From: a virus
Lineage: Duplodnaviria > Caudoviricetes
DNA length: 64,000 nt
Reading direction: 5' to 3' (one strand)
IMG/VR virus record: IMGVR_UViG_3300032249_000574
Location: 74 to 64,073 of that record
In this document: one piece after another, positions 38,003-48,600 of the stretch
How positions within the stretch are numbered: the stretch's first letter is position 1
Layout of the letters: every line of letters starts with the position of its first letter
The notes under the pieces: model-generated
What the model was told of the DNA's origin: nothing
Database searches by the model: none
The model's input: the letters and a program-made list of their open reading frames with translations, nothing else
Translations under genes and position numbers: made by a program

Positions 38003-39595
38003 ATGGCCGAGCAATACCAATTACCACCACAGTTCCAAGCCCCAAGCATGGCCGAGATTTCCTATCAGTCTGGGGATACTCAAGCCGTGGACAACGCGAA
38101 CTTTAAAATGTTCACGGATCAGGTTAATGCGTACACCAACATTGAGAACGCCAATCGAGCTCAGTCACTTAGGGAAAAACAATTTCAACAACTGGTCGTT
38201 CAGAACGACAGAGACTTCGACCTCAGACGAGAGAGGCAAGACCAAGATATCCGCAATGGTGATATTACTTACGAGATCAATAAATTTAACTTTGACCGCA
38301 ACCGAGAGGCTTATAATCAATTGCAAGAGGCGTGGGCAGAAAGAGATAAATGGACGGGCGCTCTTGATACTTTGATGCCAGATGGGGGGAATAGTCCGAC
38401 TTATCTTAGAGATAAAGCGAAAGCTTTCAGACTTTTCGCTAAGAACCCGTCTTCATACGCAGTTCTAAACGAGATATTCAAACCCTATGATGACCAATAC
38501 AGGGTTTACCAAGCCAATAAGTCTTTAGAAGACGAGGCAGAAGTTCAGTCTGCTTTTGAGACGGGTCTGCTTGATGGTGAGAAAATAGGAGACCAAGACG
38601 CGACTACTTATTTTCGAGACATTATTTTAAACCGAGAAGCAGACCCAGTCTCGTACGCTGCCGGAATGCGAAATCTCAAACGTATAGCGGGTATAGCGCA
38701 AGAAGATGTTGCTCGGCGTCGCCAAGTTTTGCTTGATGCGGAAACAAGAGGACGATTTGAGGCCGAAGCTTTTGGCGCAGGCGCTACCGATGTCGAATTA
38801 AAGATGGAGGGTGGTAAGATTGTTCGTACAGCTAAAACTCCTAGACCTCTTTATGGTAGGTCTGGTGTTTCCGGCCCTAACGTTTCGCAAATATCACAAG
38901 CCTCCAAAGACTATATTGATGCCGCTGGAAAAATCGGGGAACAGATAACTGCGCTTGAGAGCGATGCCGCAGGGATGCCGGAAGGGATTGAGAAAACTGC
39001 GGCGGAGGCAAAAATCGCAGGATTGCAAAGACAACAAGAATTTTATTACAGCAAAGCTAAACAAGTTTCTGACTCGGGTGGTTCGACAGCCCCGAGCGGT
39101 GCGCCTGTTGAGGCTGGCGCTCGAGGAGTTTTTGGCGCCCCGAGCTTAAAGGATGTGAAGAAATCAGCTCCGCAGGGAACGCCTCCAACGGTACCCCCTG
39201 CAAAAACTTCAGCTCCAACGCCGGCGCCAGGAGCTTCCCCCCTTGAGTCTACACTTTCTCCTGGGGCTAGGGCAGCACTCGGAGTTGGTGAGGGGGCAGT
39301 CGAAGTTGTAGGGGGCGTAGCAGAAACAGCAATGAAGAGTATTCCTGGTGTAGCACCCGCTCTTTTAGCAGCAAAAACAATTAAACCCGGCCTAGAGTTT
39401 GCAGAGTCTGCTGGGTCGGTAGCCCGAGAGCTAGCCCAATACTCCAAGAATGTTAATCGAGCGGAGAAAGCGGCAAGGGAGAGAGCTAAAAAAGGTGAAA
39501 ATTTCCAAGCTGCATTGCTTGATGAGCAGAGAAAAATTATAGAAGAACTAAGTCAAGGTAAAGAGTCGAATTCACAGGTAACCTCTAAACTCTAA
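38003..39595 (+). CDS. Internal virion/DNA ejection protein
   Basis: Helical, Q/R/E-rich; middle gene of three-gene ejection block; start taken at MAEQYQ. Confidence 0.65.
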   Translation: MAEQYQLPPQFQAPSMAEISYQSGDTQAVDNANFKMFTDQVNAYTNIENANRAQSLREKQFQQLVVQNDRDFDLRRERQDQDIRNGDITYEINKFNFDRNREAYNQLQEAWAERDKWTGALDTLMPDGGNSPTYLRDKAKAFRLFAKNPSSYAVLNEIFKPYDDQYRVYQANKSLEDEAEVQSAFETGLLDGEKIGDQDATTYFRDIILNREADPVSYAAGMRNLKRIAGIAQEDVARRRQVLLDAETRGRFEAEAFGAGATDVELKMEGGKIVRTAKTPRPLYGRSGVSGPNVSQISQASKDYIDAAGKIGEQITALESDAAGMPEGIEKTAAEAKIAGLQRQQEFYYSKAKQVSDSGGSTAPSGAPVEAGARGVFGAPSLKDVKKSAPQGTPPTVPPAKTSAPTPAPGASPLESTLSPGARAALGVGEGAVEVVGGVAETAMKSIPGVAPALLAAKTIKPGLEFAESAGSVARELAQYSKNVNRAEKAARERAKKGENFQAALLDEQRKIIEELSQGKESNSQVTSKL

Positions 39596-39633
39596 CATTG
39601 CCGGACTACAAAAGTTTTGGTATTTAGATCTTT

Positions 39634-42600
39634 ATGGCTGCGATCAACGAGGAAGATCTGCAAGAATACCTCGAAGAACAACGGGCACTTGCCGAAGCCC
39701 CCACAGAATTAGATATTCCAGTAGCTCGAGTTGAGGAGCCTGTAGTAGCAGAAGAGACTCCGGCGCAAAGTTTTACAAACTGGGATTCTTACACCTCGGA
39801 TCCTGAATACCAGACCCTCGACTCAGCGGAAAAGCAGGAGTTGTACGACCGGTGGCGTCAATATGCCACAAATTACTTAGCATCAACGGGAAATCTGACT
39901 ACCAAGGACGATCTGGAATTTACCAAAAGCTATTTTTCGGGCATTGCAAAACAAGAAGGGCTAAAAGGAGCGGACTACGAACCACCAAGTTATGCTGAAC
40001 AGTTGATTCAACAAGGCCAGTCTGGTTATAGGTCGTTGGAATCTGGTGTTGCGGGATACGGTGCGTTGATTGGTGTAGCAGATACCGAGAGCGCAGCCAA
40101 TGCAATCGCGGAAAGAAAGCGGCAAGAGCAGGAAAAATATCTGAGTCCTGAATTCCAAGAGTATAGCAATAAACAACTTGGATTTTTTGGAGCTGTAAAA
40201 GAAATCGTAACGAACCCGTTTGATCTAGCGCTACCTTTTTTAGCGCAGAGCATGGGATCGAACCTTCCAGCTTTGGCCAGTTCACTTGGTATCGCCGGGA
40301 TAGGTGGAGCGGTTGCTGGGCCAGCAGGTGCGGCAAGTGCTGGTCTGTATTCCAGCGCTGTCTTGGGTGGGGCAACCGATGCTTTGGTAACCGTTGATCA
40401 GTTGATCACGGAAGAAGTTGAAAAGCGTGGGCTTAGTCCTACGGATCCGAAAGCGATTGCTTCAGTATTAGCTGACCCAGAATTTAAAGCGTACGCCATC
40501 AAGTACGCCAATGCCCGTGGCTTGGCGATCGGAGCGACTGGACTGGCTGCCTTCGGGCTTGGAAATATTTTAGCCGCCCCCGCCCGTGAAATTGCAAAAG
40601 CCGGTGTGCGTGGCGTTGCCAAAGAGGTTGGGAAACAAATCGGAATTCAAGTTGTCTCAGAACCGGTTGGTGAGGTTGCAGCTCAAGCCGGAGCTCAAGT
40701 AGCGACTAGTCAGCCTATTGATATTAAGGGACGAGAGGTAGCTGAAGAGTTAGTCATTGGCTTACCTATGTCTGGAGTTGAAGCTGCCACGCTGACCTAC
40801 AAAAATTTGGTTGAAAATAGTGCGCCAGCCTCCGCAGACCAAGTTCTTTTGGACCAGATTTCAGAACAGAACAGGACAGAATTACAAGGGGCGGCAACAA
40901 GAAACGAGGCAGATATTTTTTATAGAAATCTTTCGATTGACGAGAAAGTAAAGGTGCTAGAACTTGCCCCCAATGCAATCTTATCCGAAGAACAAAATGT
41001 TTTTGACACCTTAACACCCGAAGAAAAACAGAGGGTTGATAACGCTCTTAGGGCTACTCAACAGATAACGCAACCTCCGGTGCTTGCTCGGGAGGAAACC
41101 CCAGCACCAGCGGGGGAACAACCTCCGGTGCTTGTTCCTAAAGCGGAGGAGGCTCCAACTGCGGGTGAGCCACCTGTTCTTATCCCCACTCCAACTGCTC
41201 CCCCAGCCCCAACCTTGGCTGAAGCTGAGGCGGAAGCCGCTCAAGTATTTGCCGAACCAATCCCAACTCCTTCGGTTGTTGAGGCAGAGGTTACACCGCA
41301 AGAAGTCGTCAGAGAAGTCGGGGCAGAGGCTGGTTTTCCGGCTCCTGCGCCAGAGACTACGGCTCCGATTTCGGAAGCAGTTCAAGTTCCGCTTGAGCAG
41401 GTAGCTCCGGCTACAGCTCAGGTTGTCGCACAAGAAGAGATTCAAGCTCTAGCTCCCGTGGTTGAGACACTTGCTCCTGCTCCCGTTCCAGTAGCTGAAG
41501 CACCAGCTCCGACTCCTGTTGCTGAGACACCTGCTCCAAAAACTGAAGCTAAGAATCTGGATCAAAAAATTAAAGAAGCAGCAGATAGCCAAAGAGGGAA
41601 GCCAGAAACTACGATGATGGACGTGACTATGAAGCTGAAAGAAGAAACAGCATCATCTCCGACATTGATAGATTTATTAGAACATATCGGAGATCTTTCA
41701 AATAGAGCTCAGAAAGAAAACGCTATTGGGAATGTGGATGAGAAGATAGCGAAAGTTGAAAAGTATAGGAAAAATAATTGGGGAACAGTAAAAAGCTCGA
41801 TTGAACAAGGGTACCGAGAAAATGCAGAGTACCGAACATTAAAATCTATCCCAGAATTAGTGAGATTGAGTGACAATGTTGGTAAACCAGGTGGGCCGAA
41901 AGGATTGTTTGAGGTTTACGAAAAGTTACGAAAAGAACATGGGGATAAGATTGAGGCAGAGATTAAGAGGTCAAAAGAAATCGCAAAACAAGAACTTAGA
42001 AAGTATGTGGAAGCCCACGAAAAATTTAATAAGCCAGTAACTAAATTGGGAAAACTAGGGAAGGATGCGGCAATTGCTTTGGGAAACCAAAACTTCAATC
42101 AATTGGAAAAGATTGTTTCGGAAATGCGAGCGTGGGTTGACGAATATAATAACGCCACACCCCAGAGAAGACAAGAAATGTTCCGAGAGCTGGCAGAAAA
42201 GCCAACTGCGCCGGTCGTCGAAACCCCTACTCCCGCACCCGTAACCCCGGCAGTTCAGAAACTTCCTCCTACAAAGAAACAAGTTACAGCTCTTACTAAA
42301 CTGGGGTATTTACCTGCGGACATCGAAGGGCTAGATAGAACCCAAGCGAAGGATATTGTTGCCAAACAAACTCCGAAGACCCCAACAGTTGAAGCACCGA
42401 AAGAAACAGCACCAGAAGTCGCAGCAGGAGCCCCAGCTCCCGAAGCTCCCGCCGTCCCGCCAGCCCCAGTCAGCGAACCTACCGCTCCCAAAGCGGAGGA
42501 GCGACCGGCTGGAGAAGTTGGTGCACCTGTGGCACCTCCAGCAGGCGAGCCGACCGCCCCGCAGACCGCAGACGAGAGACTAGCGCAGGCAGAAGAACAA

Positions 42601-45600
42601 TTCAGCAGGGTTGCTGAAACTTTACAAACCAATCTGGCAGGAACCAACATCAAACTAGATGGGGAATCAGTCGCTAGTTTCTTAGGACCTAACCCCAACC
42701 CCGAAGTTCAAGCAAGACTGGGAAGGTTATTAAAGATTCTTAACACCGCACTCGCTAATGTGAAGCGGGAGATTGAAAAGAAAGGTTCTCTGGGTCGCGG
42801 TCGCAATCTTAAAGAAGCGTTTACAAATATCGAAAGTATTGTCGTCGATCCCAACGCTCGTGGGGGTGGTGGTCTTTATGCCGATCCGAGAAATCCTTAT
42901 GTGGCTGGCGTTCTTTTCTTAAACCCAAACCAACTGGCGAGAGTTTTGATGTCGAGCGCTACTACAAATCCTGGTGACTTCTTGGTCAAGATGTTGGAGG
43001 AAGAAATTCTGCACATCAGCGACGGCAAGGCCATGCTTTCGGCTTTCATCCAGAAGTTCCCGAGGGCTAGTAACCCAGAAATCTACGCAAATCCAGAATC
43101 TATTCGCAAAGCATTCGAGGAATTCTATGACCAAAGCAACAGAGAGATTGAACAAAGTCTTTCAGTTTCCCAGATCAAACAGGTGCTTGGCCCCTATGCC
43201 CAGTCTTTAGGCATCGATCTGGAAGGCAAGTCCAAGGAACAGATTATTGGGGAATTTAATCGTGGCAGACCAGGACGGTTGGCCGAGGAGTATGTTCGAG
43301 CGGTTATCCAGTTAAACAACTCCGGCTCAATCACGGAAGATACGATCAAGTCTCTTGTCACCAAGCCGATTCTCCGGCTCCTCGGGGCTCTCCGCACTTA
43401 TTTAAAGAGGTTGGTCGGAGATCTTGGGACTGGTGTCAAAAGTCGCAAAACCATTTTTGATAATAGATACGATGCCATCCAAGACATCTTGGCTAATAAA
43501 ACTTCCCCCCGTCTGATTAGGGAAGCTATCGGCGAGGTAGCTACTGTGCCAAGTAATTTGCTGGCTAGTAGCGCAGACCCAATAGCTCAAGAAGAAGCTA
43601 GATTACAACAGCAAAACAATAAAGATTTGTTCGAAAAGATTGACTACGAGTTTGATGACAGGGTGCGCCTAACCGACAAAGAGATCGAAGACGCGGCGAC
43701 GGGTAAAAAAGAAAGACGAGGAAGATCACGGGCTGCTGTCGAAGCCTCTCTTTCCCGCTCGTTCCCAACTATTCGGGACAGAGATGAAGTGCGGATGGCG
43801 GTCAACGACGCTTTGATGGAAGCTATCGGATCCTATAACGACCAAAAAGGATCTGCGCTTCCAACGTATGTGTATCGTCTGGCTGCTAATAGACTTCTAC
43901 GGGCCAAGCAGAAAATAGTTAGGGAAAGGGCGAGAACTCCCTACAGCTTTGATGCTCCTGGATTTTTTAGCGTATCTCCTGAACTTCGTAGTGTGGAGGC
44001 TGGGGCTGCGGAAGTTGAACGCCTGACTTCGGGTGTTGGCTGGGAACAGATTGAAACAGCCCCGGCAAAACGCAGAAGCCTAACCCCAGAACAAAAAGAA
44101 GCCCAGCGTCAAGCGTTGCTTGCCCGTCCTACCGGGGAAGAAGCAACTAGAGCTGAGATCGCAAAGGAAGAAACTGCCCTTGCTGGACTTGAACAAGCCG
44201 TGGAGATCAAGCCCCAAGTCACTTCCTACGACGAACCTTTAGAAATGGTAACTCAAACCTTGGCAGACGGGGAAAAAATCTCTGCTGCCGACGCGAAAGT
44301 TGCGAATAAAATTACTTCGGACATGCTGGCTAGCCAGAATGAGTTGACCCAAAAACTTGGGGATGCTCTCGTTAAACTACAGGATAGGACGAACATAAAG
44401 AATACAGCTCGCGATGCCGAAATTATCCAGTATGTGTCAGGGGCTTCGAACAAAACGAGGGCTGAAATATCTGAGCAATACGGGCTGACCAACGACCAGT
44501 TCACCAAGATCCGAGACGACCTAATGATCAAGCTACGAGACCTCCTTGTTCAAGACGGAATCTCCCGACGGGATGTTCCTGGCAATATCGTCTACGCTTC
44601 CTCGATTGACCCGACATACAGCCAAGCCTTAAACCGAGCCATCTCAACGATCCCGAGAGACATTGCTCTGCGAAAGGCGCTAACGACCCGAGTCATCGAG
44701 TCTTATGTGGAAGACGAAGTGATGCGTAAAGCAAACGCTTTCGTAGATGCCAACTCTCCGGGTAATGATGTTATGTACGCCAAGCGAGTGTTGGATGGGA
44801 ACAAGGGTATTCCGTTTGAAGAACGCCTTGTGACCCTTGGTGTTATCGGACGCAGACTGCGGGATGCTGTTCAGCTTATCGACGACAGAATTCTTTTGGA
44901 CCAGACAACCAAGGGGGGTACTACTCCGGAGAATCTTGCCCTTCGGGATTATCTAGCCAACAACTTGGGTGAAGCCCTGTCAGCCGGGCAGGAGTTGGCT
45001 TCACGGGCAGGACAAGATTTGCGGGCGACTCGGATTCTTGCCAACATGTTCCTCCCTTACGCAATCGTAAAGCAGTACACCGGTCCGATTTTTAATCAGC
45101 AAAAGGAAGTCCTCGATGCCAAAGAAGAGATCCGGCGTCTGCGTGAGGATCTGGCCGCACTCCAAGCGGAGTTAGCTGGCACATCATCCAACGGCAGTTT
45201 CACGGTTCTACCACCGACCACCCCAGATGAAGGACCTAGGATTGTAATTGGCGAGCGCAAGCCTGATCAGCCAGCACCTGAAGGTGAAAGCTTCTACCAG
45301 CTCTTAGCTGCTTTCGGAGACATGGCACCAACGGCTGACGAAAACTTCTATGAGTATCTTATCCGACTCGGGATTCCGTACGAGGAGTTGGTGGCGAGCA
45401 TCGAGGGGGTCAAAGCCTCTGCTGCTACACCCACCGGACCGAGCAGGGTTCTGCCAGAGGGCTTGCAAAATCTTCCAGCCAGCGAAGCTATCCAGAAATT
45501 GCTAGCTATCGATAAAAATTTGTTAAGCAAACTGATCTCTTTGCGAATCAAGAGTGGGAAAGTTGCTACCAACCAAGATTTGGAAGCCAGCTTCGAGCGT

Positions 45601-48600
45601 CGCAAGATCGATACGAAAGCCTTGCAAGCCAGACCCAATGAGCTCCAGACAGTATTTGATTTCTTTAACTCAACGCTGAGTGAGAAGCCAACCGATCCAC
45701 AACCAATCGAGAAAGACCCATTACCTCCGCTTGTTAGGTTGGCCAAGTATGCGGCTGATGCCGTCACGGGGAGAGTCTTAAGATCGCTGGGTGCGGACCA
45801 AGCAGGGAAGACCAAGGAACAGCAGACTGCGTTTGCTAAACTGGAGAGCGAGGTTCGCAAGCTGGTCAACGCTCAGTTCAAGCAAGAAACAAATCCGACA
45901 CAGGTTTCGGCGGAGGATACCCGTTCAGTTGAGCAACGACTGCTGGATGTAGTAAAGCGGGTAGAGCTCTCAGAACAAGTCTTCAACCAGGTTCAGGGTA
46001 ATCTTCGATCCCAGCTTGCCGAGGATACCAGACGGCGTGAAGCCAAGGCTGAAGGCCAGTTGACTAGCGGAGAGAGAAAACGTTTGGAAGAAATAGCTGC
46101 AAAGACATTTAACGCCAATGCTGTTCGGTCGTTGGACAGTTTGCTACGCCAAGTTGTCGACTTTAAGGCCGAGGCTCGCAAACATTTGACCCAACGGGGT
46201 GCAAGCGTTCTGTCGTTAACTAACATCGTCAAGGAGAAGTTTACGAACTTCACCGAGAAACAAGCTGAATCGCTAGCCAAACTAATCGCCGTAAGATACG
46301 GCGACTTGGTCAAGAAAGCCGGTGAACGTCAACTTGCTAACATTGTTAGGAGAGTCGGGGATAAGGGAGAGCAGGCGCCCAAGAAAAGTATTGATCAGAT
46401 GCTTGAGCTTATCAACCTCGGAGCATTTGATGACGAAAAATTTTATAATGTAATCGCTGAGCGCTATACGGATCTTCCATCTTGGGACCCCGAAGTTGTG
46501 GCAGAGATCAAAAAACGGGCTGACAAAATTCAAAGACTGACCCCCGACTCTGACCAAGCAGCAACTGAGTCAATTTCTTTGCAAACGTACATTGCTAACG
46601 AGATGTATAAACAACAGAAGGGCTGGGACAAACTTGGTCGGCAACTGGATGTTGCGTCGGCTCTATGGAAAGCTGGGGTTTTATCGGGTCCTCCGACTCA
46701 GATTGTAAACTTGGGAGCTACCCACCTCAACGTATTGATGGAGCTATTTACCGACGCCAATGCTTACGCTAAGGCATCAAAGAAGAAAGGTCTCGAAGGA
46801 AAGTTTGGGGACTACTTGGCGACAGCCCTCTCCGCATACCTCGAAGCTGCTGGTCGGATGGGTGTGGAACAAGCGGGTGACGCAGTAGCGACTGGGCTTA
46901 GCCGATTCAGAAACGAAAAGAAAATCGAACTCAACCCCTTGGAAACTTTCAAGTTTGACAGCAACAAGCCGTGGTCTATCAACAACTACATTGCGGCTTG
47001 GAAGCTCGTTGGTCGAGCTATGGCTGCGGCTGACACGTACAACTCGGTCGTTGCGAACGAGGCAAAAACCCGCATGGCTGCTAGGTACTCTTTACTACAG
47101 CAAGGGCTGACCGCGGAACAAACCACTAAGAAAGCAGAAGATATCTTTAACAAATCGAACCCCGAAATAATTAACATTAGGCAACAGGTGGCGCAGGAAG
47201 AAGCTAAGGGAGAGTTCGGGAGTCTCGCGGGTCTCCAACCTAAGACTCAGTCCTACCGAGAAATGAACCGCAAGATTGAGGCTGGCAAACGTCGTCGGTT
47301 TAACCAGCTTCGGGACAAGTTCATCGAGAAAGAAGCTGGATTTGCGAAAGGCCAGATGGACGACATCCGAGAGTTTTCCCAGTTTGCAACATTCAACAAC
47401 ACCCCTACCGGTTTAATTGGGTATTTGGGAGGGGCGGTCATAGGCGGAATCGCTGGGAAAACTAAGTTACTCACACCATTTGTAGCGTTCCCTCGCACAA
47501 TTGCCAACATCATCAACTCCGGTTTGAACTACACTCCGTATGGTTGGTTGCGGGCCAACGGATTCTCCTTGGGGAATATCAGCGGAGCAATTAGAGATTC
47601 GGAATACCGGTTCAAAAAACCTGAACCAGGTAGCGTCGAGTACTATCAGTTACAGACTAAAGCTTTTTACGGATCGCTCGTTGCCTTCACCTTAATTGGG
47701 CTTGCCATGAAAGACATCGACAAGGACTGGGACGAGGCTTTCTTTGCTGTAACGGGTCGAGGCCCGACAGACCAGAATCAAAAAGAGCAGTTGATGCAAG
47801 CAGGATGGCGAGAGAACTCGGTTAAAATCGGACCATTGAAGTTCCGTCATACAGATTTCCCAGGACTTAACACAATTTTTGGGGCGATGGCTTTGGTGTC
47901 TGACCAATACCGGTACGGCAAACTGAGTGAGAAAGACTTTATTACTTTGGCATCTACTGCTGCTTTGTCTGTCGCAAATTCAATCTTCGATAAGCAATTG
48001 TTGTCTGGCATGAAGACGTTGTTCGACGCCGTCTCTGATAGGGGGGATGCATCTGATAAAGCTAAGAAGATTATTCAAAGCTATTCGGCTGGGTTCCTTA
48101 ACCCCGGTATTGCTCGTTGGACAACCCGTACTTTCGACATCGGTCCGGACGGTAAGGTCGGCGTAACCGATTATAAAGAACTTAACGCAACCTCTGGGGG
48201 GTTCTTGATCGGGCTAACCCCATTAGCAGTAGTGGCGGGTAAACCAAAACTCAATCGGCTTGGTGAAGAGATTAGAGAATATCCTTGGGCAGCGACTGAA
48301 AAACGGTTCGGTGTATTGCCGACCATGGCACCCCACCCTGTCTTTACCCCGTTGGTTCGCGGTGGTTTATTTGTGCCAGGAGCCAGTATCAATCTGAAGA
48401 TCAACGCAAGAGAGAACGGCAAACCCATCCAACGTAAGATGGATAGGGAAGAGTATTACAACTACTCTAAGTATAACGGAGAATACCTCAAGCGAATCCT
48501 TACCCCTGCTAGGGCTGAGTCCCTTGCTAGACTGGCTAGAACCAATCAAGATGCTGCGCAGAAACAGTTGGAAAAAATGGCGGACCGAGCCAAGGACTAC

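Noticed and set aside
41060-42580. P/A/E-rich low-complexity repeats in the giant protein as a separate element
   Set aside because: Ordinary flexible linkers (PAPAGEQPPVL, APAPTP) common in large virion proteins
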